From: Planctomyces sp.
GTDB lineage: Bacteria > Planctomycetota > Planctomycetia > Planctomycetales > Planctomycetaceae
NCBI GenBank assembly: GCA_005778225.1
Contig: SXPC01000069.1
Location: 3,806-67,805 of the forward strand
Direction of reading: 5' to 3'
Length of the DNA: 64,000 nt
The notes under the pieces were generated by a model, which had not been told where the DNA came from, did no database searches, and saw nothing but the letters and a program-made list of their open reading frames with translations. Both the position numbers and the translations under genes were made by a program. Shown piece after piece: positions 30,370 to 39,792 of this stretch (the first letter of the stretch is position 1; each line of letters starts with the position of its first letter).

Positions 30370-32900
30370 TAACCCACCTCATTCAGTTCGATGCCCTTCT
30401 TGTCGGCCATCGCTTTCAGGTATTGATTGGCCGCTTTCTGCTCTGTCAGGATCATGGCTTCCCCTGCCGTCGGGCGCTTCCCGCCACGGTTGGCGATCGC
30501 CTCGACGATCGCGGAGTAACCGGCCGTAGTGCTTGCCATGACAGCGGCCGGTTGCTTCGACTTCGGTTCCCCGTCGTCCTTGGTCTTGCCGGCGATCTCT
30601 TCCTGTTGTTGCTTGAGGAAGCGGGCATACGTGTCGTCGTCGATTAGCTTGAGGTCGTGCAGCTCGTTGACCTTCGCCAGTTCCGCCTGCAGCTTCTCAA
30701 ACGGTGTCCGCGTCCGCTCGAAGATGTCTTTCGGCGCTTGTTCCAGGTAGCGTTTGCGCTCGTCGGCTTCCTGATTCTCGCGTTTCTTCTTCTCTCTGGC
30801 TTCTTCCTCGTCGCGGTCAAACTTTTCTTTGGCCGCGTCATACCGAGCCTGCATTTCCTCGAACTGGCGAACGGCCTCTGCTGGGATGCCTTGCGCGAGC
30901 AGCTCGGTGGCCTTCACGGTCGTTTCGGACATGCGGCCTTCGAAGACGGCGATCTGGCCAGACAGACGGCCGATCTCGTCATAGAGCTGGCGTTCTCCGG
31001 AATCGATCTCGGCTTGCTTCTTCTTCTCTTCATTGAGCCGCTCGACGTTCTTTCTCAGATGTTCGTACTCAGCGATCGTCTGACCGTCGACGCCGGCCGT
31101 CTCCATATCGCGGACCTTGAGCGAGGCCTCGGTGGCTGTGCCTTCGAGCATCCACATTTCCCGGCGCAGCTTCTCGATGTCGTCGAGGACGTTCTTGAAC
31201 GGGCTCTCGATCTCCTCAGGCATCATGGCATCGGCGTCAAACAACGGTTGCTTCGCCGCCTGGACCGCTTCATCCTTCATGTCCAGGACCGCTTCGGCCG
31301 CCTGGTTGGAATAATCAGGGACTTCACCGAGCAAGCCGCCCAGCGTCGTCACGTAGCCACGAGCAGTATCGATCCACTGAATCAGCTTGTTCAGCGCTCC
31401 CAATCCCCAGGCGAGCAGCTCCCCAAATGGTTTGGCGATCCGGCTGACGATCCCCCCGATCGTCAACACGACGCCTTCCCAGGCGGATGAAATTCGTCGG
31501 CCGGTTCCGCCGATGCCTTCGTCCATCTGTTGAGCAATGCGAGACGCTTCGCCGTGGAAATTACTCATCTTCCCGCGCAGCTGGTCAATCATGGCTCCGT
31601 TGAAAGCCAACTGCATCGCTGACTTCGATGACCGTTCGCCGAACACTTCGAAGAATTTCGATGTCTTCTCCTGTTCACTCCAATTCGCGGTAACCGCTCC
31701 AATGTCCTTCATAACGTCGAGCATGTCGCGCATCTCGCCGTTGGCATCAGCCGTCGCCACGCCGAAAATCGTCTCATTGCGAGCCAGGTCAACCATCAGG
31801 TTCTTAAGGTCGGTACCGGCGAGTGTGCCCTGAATTCCGTTGTTCGCCAGGACGCCGGCCGCGACACTGACACTCTCCAAAGATTGCCCAGCTGTCCTCG
31901 CCACGCTGCCGGCATATTTCATCGTGTCGGCCATCATTCGAACATCAGTGTTCGAGCCGGTAAACGCGACCGTCATCACATCGCCGACGTAACCAATTTC
32001 GTCGGCCGTGTGACCAAACGCGGAACCGATGTTGGTCGCGACGTCAGCGGCGACCCCCATATCCACGGCTCCGGCGCGTGCCAGGTTCATGACGCCAGGG
32101 ATCCCCTGCAGGATTTGCTTGGTCGTGAACCCGGCCATCCCGAGGTAGCGCATCCCGTCGGCCGCTTCTTTCGCAGTGAACGACGTCTCGGCACCGAGTC
32201 GGAGCGCGGTATTTGTGAGCGCGGTAAACTCCAGCTTCGTCGCATGCGTCACCGCGCCGACTTGCCGCATCGTGTCGTCGAAGGACGCGTACTGTGCGAC
32301 CATCGGCGACACGGCCTTGACGGCCAGATAGGACGCGCCCGCAATCAGACCGATGGCGATCGCGACCTTCCCGAGCATGGGAATCGATGAGCCCAGCTTC
32401 ATCACATCGCTGACCAGGCGGCCGAGGTTGAGCCCGGATGTTTTGGATCCAAAGTCGATCAGTCGCGACTGCAGCTCAAAGAGCACACCACGCGAGTTCT
32501 TCGCGCCGGCAATGAAGCCCGACCACCCTTTGCCCAGGTCGACACCAGTCATCCTGGAAGCGAATGAGACAACGCGGCCGCCAAGATCGGAGAGCGTGCC
32601 GCGTGCGACCTTCGCTTTCGCGTTGAACTTATCAAAGACTTTTCCCAGGTCGACCCCGGTCGTCTTCGAGGTCCAGTCAACCACGCGTGTCTGCAGATCA
32701 GACAACGCACCACGAGCCTGTCTGGCTTTCGCGACAAATCGATCGAACATCTGACCGATGTCGACGCCGGTCGTCTTGGAAGCAAAGTCGACGACACGCG
32801 TCTGCAGATCAGACAGCGTGCCTCTCGCCGACTTGGCACCGCTGATGAACGGTGCCACATTCATATTCAGACGCGCGACCAGATCGCCGATTGATGCCAC
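30369..32900 (-). CDS. Tail tape measure protein (TP901-type core)
   Basis: LGAETSFTAKEAADGMRYLGMAGF, GIQGTLAGT motifs; follows the chaperone genes. Confidence 0.92.
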   Translation of the reverse strand: MASIGDLVARLNMNVAPFISGAKSARGTLSDLQTRVVDFASKTTGVDIGQMFDRFVAKARQARGALSDLQTRVVDWTSKTTGVDLGKVFDKFNAKAKVARGTLSDLGGRVVSFASRMTGVDLGKGWSGFIAGAKNSRGVLFELQSRLIDFGSKTSGLNLGRLVSDVMKLGSSIPMLGKVAIAIGLIAGASYLAVKAVSPMVAQYASFDDTMRQVGAVTHATKLEFTALTNTALRLGAETSFTAKEAADGMRYLGMAGFTTKQILQGIPGVMNLARAGAVDMGVAADVATNIGSAFGHTADEIGYVGDVMTVAFTGSNTDVRMMADTMKYAGSVARTAGQSLESVSVAAGVLANNGIQGTLAGTDLKNLMVDLARNETIFGVATADANGEMRDMLDVMKDIGAVTANWSEQEKTSKFFEVFGERSSKSAMQLAFNGAMIDQLRGKMSNFHGEASRIAQQMDEGIGGTGRRISSAWEGVVLTIGGIVSRIAKPFGELLAWGLGALNKLIQWIDTARGYVTTLGGLLGEVPDYSNQAAEAVLDMKDEAVQAAKQPLFDADAMMPEEIESPFKNVLDDIEKLRREMWMLEGTATEASLKVRDMETAGVDGQTIAEYEHLRKNVERLNEEKKKQAEIDSGERQLYDEIGRLSGQIAVFEGRMSETTVKATELLAQGIPAEAVRQFEEMQARYDAAKEKFDRDEEEAREKKKRENQEADERKRYLEQAPKDIFERTRTPFEKLQAELAKVNELHDLKLIDDDTYARFLKQQQEEIAGKTKDDGEPKSKQPAAVMASTTAGYSAIVEAIANRGGKRPTAGEAMILTEQKAANQYLKAMADKKGIELNEVG

Positions 32901-32928
32901 GTGACCTCCCTGTCCTCATCGAACAGCG

Positions 32929-33270
32929 TCAGGCGGCATGTACTCCGACAGCCGCCGCGCTTTCTTCCGGCGTCCGTTCCGGGACTTCAAACCCGTTCCC
33001 CGTCTCAACGAACGTGAGGAAGTCGGCCATGAAATCGGCCATCGTCAGATCGCATTCGGGCCAGTGGAATCTGGCCTGCCATGCAATCTGCCAGACGGCT
33101 CGATAGTCTGCCCGACGTTCTCCCCACGGTTCCGCTTCATCTGCTGCCAGGACCTCGTCGAAATCTTCCGGCGGTATCCTGTCCAACTCCGCTCGCCAGT
33201 TCAGCCGCCCGCCTTGCAAGGCGATCAGCTGAATCTGTCTTAAGCGTCGTCGGTTTCTTCGGAGTTTTTT
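32929..33270 (-). CDS. Tail assembly chaperone GT extension (-1 frameshift frame)
   Basis: -1 frame open from the slippery site into ORF 32929-33219. Confidence 0.75.
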   Translation of the reverse strand, partial: KKLRRNRRRLRQIQLIALQGGRLNWRAELDRIPPEDFDEVLAADEAEPWGERRADYRAVWQIAWQARFHWPECDLTMADFMADFLTFVETGNGFEVPERTPEESAAAVGVHAA

Positions 33271-33623
33271 ACGGGGTCATCCGCCTTGTCTGGTCGTGTC
33301 GGGAAACAGTGTTCCAGGCAGTAGCCGAACAGGACGCCGACGAAGCCCCCGTCCTGACGCTGTAGCTTCTTCGCCTGGTCTTTGGTCAGCATGAGCTTCC
33401 CCTTCTCGTCGACTGCACACAGCGAGATCAGAAGCGGTTTGGCTTCTTTGCGACGCAGTTTCAGCTCGGCTTCGTTGCCGACTTGTGTGAAGGCTTCGTA
33501 TTCACCACGTTCCAGATCACTCAGCGACCTGATCCGCACCCGTCGCGTCTGTTCTCCGTAAGGCACTTCGACGTAGCGATAACGCCGTGGCAGCGGCGTT
33601 AGCATCTCCTCCAGCGTGATCAT
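33240..33623 (-). CDS. Tail assembly chaperone (gpG-like)
   Basis: VRIRSLS..ER, LISLCAVDEKG motif; between tail tube and tape measure. Confidence 0.75.
   Translation of the reverse strand: MITLEEMLTPLPRRYRYVEVPYGEQTRRVRIRSLSDLERGEYEAFTQVGNEAELKLRRKEAKPLLISLCAVDEKGKLMLTKDQAKKLQRQDGGFVGVLFGYCLEHCFPTRPDKADDPVKNSEETDDA
33264..33270 (-). other. Programmed -1 frameshift heptamer A AAA AAC
   Basis: GTA AAA AAC near the end of the chaperone gene. Confidence 0.8.
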
Positions 33624-34164
33624 CGGTGCTTCCACCGGCTTGGCTGGTTGTGGAGTCTGTGTCGTCTCCGTCGAGGTCTCCGGAGTCGGAGTCGTCGAGA
33701 TCGCTGGTGTCGTCGTCGGACTGGGGGATTGCTGGTTCATCGGTCACGGCCTTAATGGAGAGTTGGAAAAGGTTCCAGTCATCCGCCGTGAACAGATTCT
33801 TGTGATCGCTGGCGGAACTGGCGTTCTCACCCAACACGAACAGGTTGCGGTTGTAGTCGTATCCGGCGATCAGACCGTGTCGATAAAGCTCCTTGTGTTT
33901 GACTTCAATGAACTTCGAAAGCGCCTCCTGAGCGAACTGAGCTTCGGCCATCTGATGCGGAGTCATATTGGCACGACGGATACATTCGTCGTCGGCCGGC
34001 ACGGCGACCCCCATCTGGACCAGGCGGTAGGCATGGGGATGTGAGACGATGGCTCCGACCTTCCAGACCGTCGTGCCGTTGGCGCGTGTCTCCACCTTGT
34101 CAGCAGGTGGTTTGGGTGAACGGGGATTAACCAGGACGTTCGGTTTGATGTATTCAGCTTTCAC
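33517..34164 (-). CDS. Phage hypothetical protein with acidic tail
   Basis: AGGAGGAG RBS before GTG. Confidence 0.6.
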   Translation of the reverse strand: MKAEYIKPNVLVNPRSPKPPADKVETRANGTTVWKVGAIVSHPHAYRLVQMGVAVPADDECIRRANMTPHQMAEAQFAQEALSKFIEVKHKELYRHGLIAGYDYNRNLFVLGENASSASDHKNLFTADDWNLFQLSIKAVTDEPAIPQSDDDTSDLDDSDSGDLDGDDTDSTTSQAGGSTDDHAGGDANAAATALSLRRSALRRTDATGADQVAE

Positions 34165-34199
34165 GACGGCGCTCCTCCTGAGCAGATGATTGATGGGGG

Positions 34200-34236
34200 A
34201 AAAACGAAACCCTCGCCCGGTTCTTCCAGGCGAGGG
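34200..34236 (-). terminator. Intrinsic terminator after tail tube gene
   Basis: CCCTCGCC..GGCGAGGG then TTTCGTTTTT. Confidence 0.55.
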
Positions 34237-34247
34237 GATCAGTTTGA

Positions 34248-34679
34248 TTACTCTTCTTCCGCGACCGTGGCTGCCCAGTTCGGCGTACCAGAAGTCTCGA
34301 AGTTGAAATCGCCTTTGAGGTAGTCCGCCTTGGCGACCTTGATGCTGAAGTCGATCCCGGCGACGTTGAATGAGTGAGCCTTGACCGGCGTGGTCGCGTA
34401 CTCAATCTGTACCGTTGAATCAGCTGGCGGATCTGGAATGTCTTCCAGGAGTGCGGTGTGTCCTGCCAGAGCGGGATCGAAGAACCCGCTCGACTTCACG
34501 GTGCCAGGTTCCGCCAGCCCGACCGATCCCTTCTCTTCGTATTCATCTGTTTCCAGGTCGGTCAAATCGGTTGTCTTGGTTTTAAACCCGGACAAGTCGA
34601 TCGACTCCTGTTGAGCGATCGGGACAAGAGCCCCTGCGATGCCATACAGGATCTTTGTGCCTTTGGTTCTTACTTTCAT
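34248..34679 (-). CDS. Major tail tube protein
   Basis: DLTDLE..GLAEPGTV..FDP..H motif; position. Confidence 0.75.
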   Translation of the reverse strand: MKVRTKGTKILYGIAGALVPIAQQESIDLSGFKTKTTDLTDLETDEYEEKGSVGLAEPGTVKSSGFFDPALAGHTALLEDIPDPPADSTVQIEYATTPVKAHSFNVAGIDFSIKVAKADYLKGDFNFETSGTPNWAATVAEEE

Positions 34680-34711
34680 TCGCTTCCCCCACGAAATGTG
34701 CCGTTACAGAA

Positions 34712-35182
34712 TCAAACGGTTTCGCGGACGTCGAACAGGATGCGGAAGGTCTGCAGACACTCGAAGGAGTGAATTTGTGAACCATCTTCTGAGCGGATTG
34801 TGTCGTTCGTTTCACCCGTCGGATGAACGGCGTCGATCCTGATCGTCAGACCGTTGATGGTCGTTTCGCCTTCGTAGTCCAGAAGGACTCTTCGCGCATG
34901 CCGTCCGAGCCGCCACGCGAGTGCCTGCGAATCATGCAGGCAATGTAATTCGACCGAATCAGTTGCACCGCCGGTCTCGAAAATGGTCTGGCCTGCAGCC
35001 GCCAACGCCTCGCGATCGCCTTTCGGATCGAGCGTTTCCTGTGCGTCCTGGTCGGTGGCATAGATGACGATGTAAGGGAACTTCGTCGCCTGACCACCGT
35101 CGCCGGCGTAGACCTGAGGACAGACGGACTTGAACGCAACATCTGAGAGCAGAGCTTGCACGACAGCACTAGCGAGTGACAC
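34712..35182 (-). CDS. Tail terminator/completion protein
   Basis: FPYIVI motif; position; AAGGAGG RBS. Confidence 0.65.
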   Translation of the reverse strand: MSLASAVVQALLSDVAFKSVCPQVYAGDGGQATKFPYIVIYATDQDAQETLDPKGDREALAAAGQTIFETGGATDSVELHCLHDSQALAWRLGRHARRVLLDYEGETTINGLTIRIDAVHPTGETNDTIRSEDGSQIHSFECLQTFRILFDVRETV

Positions 35183-35672
35183 GGTTGGCCTCCTTTGCCA
35201 ATTCCTCACGCGCCTTCTCAATGAGGCGCTGTTTCATGGTTCCCATTGAGGCGCTGACGCCCTCTTTCACAAACTGGTATTGAGGCATGCGGCCGGTGCG
35301 TCGCCCCTTCTTCGTCCGTCGCTCTTTTGTCCCCAGACCCGGCCAGTGAATGTTGCGAGCAGACAGGCCAACTCCGGGACGCTTTCCTTTGCGGACGGGA
35401 AGCTTCTTGTTCTTTTTGATTCCGACGCCGGCACCGAGTTTGCCGATTGTCACCGCTGAGCGGCCGCGTTTGACTGATTGGCCAATGGCCTTCTTTCCAG
35501 ACTTCCATTTGACGCGTTGCTTGATGGCTTTCACGCCTGGTCGCATCGCCGCCGTCATTGACGTGCGGGCGATGCGGTTGGCCGCTTTCTTCTCCAGGTG
35601 GATCAGCGCGTCGTCGACTTCGTCGAAGCCGGTCATGATGCGTTCAGCAACGCGACGTCGGTAACCGCTCAT
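35169..35672 (-). CDS. HK97 gp10-like neck protein
   Basis: GFDEVDDAL, basic, GT..TGRMP..FV. Confidence 0.7.
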   Translation of the reverse strand: MSGYRRRVAERIMTGFDEVDDALIHLEKKAANRIARTSMTAAMRPGVKAIKQRVKWKSGKKAIGQSVKRGRSAVTIGKLGAGVGIKKNKKLPVRKGKRPGVGLSARNIHWPGLGTKERRTKKGRRTGRMPQYQFVKEGVSASMGTMKQRLIEKAREELAKEANRVTR

Positions 35673-36016
35673 GTCATGAGTTCCATGCAATCGAGATGCT
35701 GCTCTTTATCGCGTTCTTCGATATTGCGGTTGGCGATGATCTCGAACCGACGGCTGCCATATCTGATTCGCCAGGTCGTTTTGATCTCGCGAGTGACTCT
35801 GTCACTGAGCATTTCAATGCGATGTGTGAGCGTGGCTTCCGTTTGCTCAGCTCGTTCGAATTCTCCGCCTGTTCTTGGCTTTATGGCGGCGTAGCGCTGC
35901 ACGACCGCTTCCCAGCTGGCGTCGTCGCTGAAATCAATATGACCATCAACCGTGACGTCCGCGTCTGCACGCGGACGTTCGATGGTGACCAGGTGACGAC
36001 GTTTGCCAGCTCCCAC
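35669..36016 (-). CDS. Head closure protein
   Basis: AGKRRHLVTIE, GGE, THRI, RIRYGSRRFEI. Confidence 0.8.
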   Translation of the reverse strand: MGAGKRRHLVTIERPRADADVTVDGHIDFSDDASWEAVVQRYAAIKPRTGGEFERAEQTEATLTHRIEMLSDRVTREIKTTWRIRYGSRRFEIIANRNIEERDKEQHLDCMELMT

Positions 36017-36026
36017 GGGAATCCCC

Positions 36027-36374
36027 TTAGTTGATCCCGTTGGCTCTGCGAGCTGCGTCCACGAGAGGCGCGACCATGGAGCGGCCGATCTGGCCCAACG
36101 CAGCGACGTCGTCGAGCGTGAAGACGGGCTCGCCTTGTTGGGTGATGATCGCGAACGGCAGCAGCAGCTCGTAATCAACGGTGTCAGGATCGGCGGTTTT
36201 CTTCGCAGCCTCGTAAGCACGACCGGCCTGGAAGCCCATTTCCACGGCCAGCAGACCGAATGAACCGAGGCTGTCTGTCAGCGTCACTGGAATGTCATTG
36301 GCAGCCGAGGCCTTCATGATGCGGTCTCGGAGAGCGGCTCCGGACGCGGCCGGCGCTTGGATCGAATCAGTCAT
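36027..36374 (-). CDS. Tail-assembly-chaperone-like protein in neck module
   Basis: GEPVFTLDDVAALG..LVDAARRANG; AGGAG RBS. Confidence 0.5.
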   Translation of the reverse strand: MTDSIQAPAASGAALRDRIMKASAANDIPVTLTDSLGSFGLLAVEMGFQAGRAYEAAKKTADPDTVDYELLLPFAIITQQGEPVFTLDDVAALGQIGRSMVAPLVDAARRANGIN

Positions 36375-36438
36375 TATCAAGACTCCTAACGGGGATCGGA
36401 CTCGAAGGGGATCAACACCCTAAGCCCGACGGTTGCCG

Positions 36439-37044
36439 CTAGTCGTCCAGAGAGACGCACAGCCGCTTGTCTCGGCACTCGAATGAACGAATCAGCGTTC
36501 GCACTCCGAACGGGATCTCAACGACTCCCTTGGCTTCGTCGCCGCGATTCTCGAAGTAGTTCGCGACCAGCATCTGGACAGCGACTTTCGCCGCGTGAGG
36601 GATCAGAGGCGGGAAGTAGCCCGCGACGTAGCGAATCCGGACGGCCGCTTCTCGAGGCGTGACTACCGGCCAACCGTTGACCGGCAAAATGCGACCAGGT
36701 TCGACGACAGATAGGACGGTGTAATCGGCTTCGGGCATAACCACGTCGGCACCATCTTCGCCGACGTAAGTGATCGACAGGACCTCGCGTAACGGCGGCC
36801 GTGGCATCAGGATCGCCAGGCCGTCACCTCCGAACGGAAAGCAGGGGAGTGTCAGCTCGAACGTCTGGACGGCCAATGCCCGCCAGCTGCGAGACTCGCA
36901 GACCTCACGAGCGGACGAGATCAAGCCCTGGATCAGCTCGTCTTCGTCGGTGATGTCTTCCGGGACACGCAGCTGCTTTTTCACCAGGCTCAGCGAAACG
37001 ATCTCGGCGGCCGCGTCCGGTGGCGTAATCTGCATCAATCCCAT
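36439..37044 (-). CDS. Head-tail connector protein
   Basis: VSLSLVKKQLRV..DEDELIQGLI, AVQMLVANYFENR. Confidence 0.85.
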   Translation of the reverse strand: MGLMQITPPDAAAEIVSLSLVKKQLRVPEDITDEDELIQGLISSAREVCESRSWRALAVQTFELTLPCFPFGGDGLAILMPRPPLREVLSITYVGEDGADVVMPEADYTVLSVVEPGRILPVNGWPVVTPREAAVRIRYVAGYFPPLIPHAAKVAVQMLVANYFENRGDEAKGVVEIPFGVRTLIRSFECRDKRLCVSLDD

Positions 37045-37134
37045 TTGTCAGCTCTCCAAAACAAAAAGAGAGCGCAGGCCAGGCTCTCAGCAGATTACGT
37101 CTTCCACCTCCCGGCCCGCGCTCATCCCCCATCA

Positions 37135-37575
37135 TTAGCTGGCGGGATGCTCTGCAGCGTAGACGTCGAGAGCGTTCTTGATCTTGCCAGCGATCGCTTT
37201 CCCGACGCCGGGAATAGCGTTGACGTCCGTGGCCTGCAGCTGAGCGATCGTCGCAATGCCAGCCTTGGTGACGAGACTGATCACGTCCGCATCCAGGGCG
37301 AGCTGGTCGAGATCAGAAGCCGGTGCCGTCGATTCGCTGGTCGGCTGCTCGGTGACTACAGGACGGCGGCTGAAGCGACCGCCGGTGATCGGTGACGATG
37401 GAGCAGCGCCGGTGTCTTCGGGAGCAGGATCGACCATGAGCGGCTTTTCGACGGGCTCGTCGCTGAGGAGATTTGACGCACGCAATCGAGAGGCGTCGAA
37501 CTCAGAAACGTCGACCACGCCCGGCCCCACGTTGATGTCGCCCAGGAGAACGGTTGATTTGAGATTCACGAGCAT
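37135..37575 (-). CDS. Helix-hairpin-helix domain protein
   Basis: AGIATIAQL..IPGVGKAIA. Confidence 0.65.
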   Translation of the reverse strand: MLVNLKSTVLLGDINVGPGVVDVSEFDASRLRASNLLSDEPVEKPLMVDPAPEDTGAAPSSPITGGRFSRRPVVTEQPTSESTAPASDLDQLALDADVISLVTKAGIATIAQLQATDVNAIPGVGKAIAGKIKNALDVYAAEHPAS

Positions 37576-37610
37576 AATTTGACTTCCAAGAATGAAATGG
37601 GGTTGAACAC

Positions 37611-37650
37611 AAAAAAGGCCGGCCAGCTCGTCGAGGACGAACCGCCGGCC
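37611..37650 (-). terminator. Intrinsic terminator after capsid gene
   Basis: GGCCGGC..GCCGGCC then T6. Confidence 0.6.
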
Positions 37651-37683
37651 GCATTTTCCACCGGTCGCCAGAGCGACCGTCAG

Positions 37684-39099
37684 TTACGACGCAGCGACGC
37701 CGGTGTCGATCTCCGAGCAGATCGCGAAGGCATTATCGCGCAGGCAGGCCGCGTCGAGGTCCTGCAGAGCGGAGACGATGAGCGTGCCTTGCTTGGACTT
37801 CGTCAAAGCGTCGACCGTGACGTCGATCCCTGACCAGAAGCCGAACAACAGCTGGGAGAAGTCCCCGAAGATCAACGCCGTCAGATTGTTGGTGTTGGTG
37901 CCTTTGGTCAAGTTCGTCGGAACCTGGTTCGAGGCCATCGCACGATAACCGTTGACCATACCGTCCGACGACGGAACAGACTGCGTCTGCCAGAGGTACT
38001 GGCCGGTCGTGTTCGACTTCTCAGTCACCTTCATGTGACCGCGACCGCGTGCGCTGGTCAAATATGCCAGGCGACCCGAGGCCGCATTCGCGACCGAGAC
38101 GAGCGTTTCATGCTCAACGACTTTCGCCCAGGTGAGAGCGCCGCCGTTGGAACCGATCACGACTTTTGGCACGTTCGAATTCTGCATCAGTCCGAGCGGC
38201 TGTCCAGAATTACCGGAACCGTTCAGACCAGCCTTGTCGATGCCGATCGCGATGTTGGTCATCAGACGACGCATCGAGAACAGCTGCAGGTCGATCGAGG
38301 TTTGATTTCGCATCTTGCGCGAGATCTCGGCATAACCCCCGATCGTCTTCGTACGGAGCTGGACTTCACCAAAGGCCGCGGTGTCCTTGCCGACGTCGGT
38401 CAACTCGCCCACCCAGTAGGTCGAACCAGCGTTGGTTTCCTTAGGAATGTCGAGTTCGCCAACCAGACCGGTCAGCGACTGCGCACCAAGCTGGAACAGG
38501 CAGGTTTCGTTACGCAGGAAGTCGATCAGCGTCTGACGCGTGTTGTGGACGATCATCGTCGCCCCGGCGGTAGTGTCGAGTTCGCCGGCGCGGAACTCAC
38601 GACCGCCAACATACGCTTCGCGCTGAGCTGGAAGTGTCGTCGGCATGTAGAAGCCGGACGGTTTGCGTCCGCTACGGTGAGCGATCTCCTGAGAAATCTC
38701 CCCTTCGTATCCGTCCAACGACCGCTTTTCAGCCAGGCATTCCAGCGCCCGGTAGAAGCTGTACTGTGTGGCGTCAGGATTCTCGACCGGATCGTTGGCC
38801 CGTTCCTGCTCGGTCTCCAGTTCTGGACCACGGAAGCTGGTCCCGCCGCCGCCGCGTGATTCGCCGCCGAGTTTTCGGAGACGTTCTTCGCGGTCGCGTT
38901 TGGCGGTCGCGGCTCGTTCTTCTTCTTCGGCTTTCTCGGTGATCTCTGTTTTGAGATCTTCCGCTTCCGTGAGCAGCTCGTCGAGCTTGGTGTTTTCGTC
39001 GTCGGTCAGATCGCGTTTTTCGTTCTTCGCGAGCTTCTGCAGGTTGCGAATGTTCTTTTTAACGCCGTCTAGTTTGGCACGCAGTTCGGCCAGATTCAT
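37684..39099 (-). CDS. HK97-fold major capsid protein with N-terminal scaffold (delta) domain
   Basis: Coiled-coil N-terminus, YWVGE, GSG..QPLG, IFGDFSQ. Confidence 0.92.
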   Translation of the reverse strand: MNLAELRAKLDGVKKNIRNLQKLAKNEKRDLTDDENTKLDELLTEAEDLKTEITEKAEEEERAATAKRDREERLRKLGGESRGGGGTSFRGPELETEQERANDPVENPDATQYSFYRALECLAEKRSLDGYEGEISQEIAHRSGRKPSGFYMPTTLPAQREAYVGGREFRAGELDTTAGATMIVHNTRQTLIDFLRNETCLFQLGAQSLTGLVGELDIPKETNAGSTYWVGELTDVGKDTAAFGEVQLRTKTIGGYAEISRKMRNQTSIDLQLFSMRRLMTNIAIGIDKAGLNGSGNSGQPLGLMQNSNVPKVVIGSNGGALTWAKVVEHETLVSVANAASGRLAYLTSARGRGHMKVTEKSNTTGQYLWQTQSVPSSDGMVNGYRAMASNQVPTNLTKGTNTNNLTALIFGDFSQLLFGFWSGIDVTVDALTKSKQGTLIVSALQDLDAACLRDNAFAICSEIDTGVAAS

Positions 39100-39201
39100 G
39101 TCATCATCCTTGATTGGGGAAGCAAACGATTCCTTCAATGCAATCGCTGAGCGATCCGGCCCGCACTCCGGCGTGTCTCTGATGCTGTGCAATCAGGAAA
39201 C

Positions 39202-39229
39202 AAAAAAGGCCGCCTATTCGCAGGCGGCC
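39202..39229 (-). terminator. Intrinsic terminator upstream of capsid gene
   Basis: GGCCGCC..GGCGGCC then T6. Confidence 0.55.
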
Positions 39230-39265
39230 GGTTGCTCTACACTTCCCCCGAGAGGAGACATAACC

Positions 39266-39460
39266 ATGATTCAATCAACTCAGTTCATGGCTCATCTGAT
39301 TAACCAGATCGACGACGACGTGAGAGTGTCGATCGAGCAGTCCGCCGACGAGCTGCCAGGCGATGAAGACGACATCGCGGCCGAACTCGATCGACCACGC
39401 GAGACCAGGGTTGCCTTCCTAGTCTTGACTCAATGTGCCGGCCGTCTCAATTGGGATTAA
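39266..39460 (+). CDS. Opposite-strand small acidic protein
   Basis: GAGGAG RBS; MIQSTQF...; 64 aa. Confidence 0.55.
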   Translation: MIQSTQFMAHLINQIDDDVRVSIEQSADELPGDEDDIAAELDRPRETRVAFLVLTQCAGRLNWD

Positions 39461-39462
39461 CC

Positions 39463-39792
39463 ATGTCGAGGATTTACACGAGAGAAGAATTCCTCGCCCT
39501 GATTGCCAAAGGGTTACCGGACCGTTTCGAGGTTTACGACGTCAAGTCGTCTGGATTTCGAAAGGCGATCCGTGAACCGATGCGAGGCGATTCGATGTTC
39601 GAGACGTTTCGACCTGGTCCGTTGAACCTGTCGGTCAGTTTTTCACTGACCGAGCAGGAACGGTACCCGTTTAGGCCAGATCCAGCATGCGCATTCGACG
39701 AGCCCGGCGAGCTGCCAGTAGTGCCGGGATCTCTTTTTTCAGTTTCAAGGTCTCAGCCGCCCGAGCCTCGAGACTGCGCTTCAGAATCGTGA
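39463..39792 (+). CDS. Opposite-strand hypothetical protein
   Basis: ATG 2 nt after previous stop; 3' end overlaps protease gene. Confidence 0.45.
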   Translation: MSRIYTREEFLALIAKGLPDRFEVYDVKSSGFRKAIREPMRGDSMFETFRPGPLNLSVSFSLTEQERYPFRPDPACAFDEPGELPVVPGSLFSVSRSQPPEPRDCASES

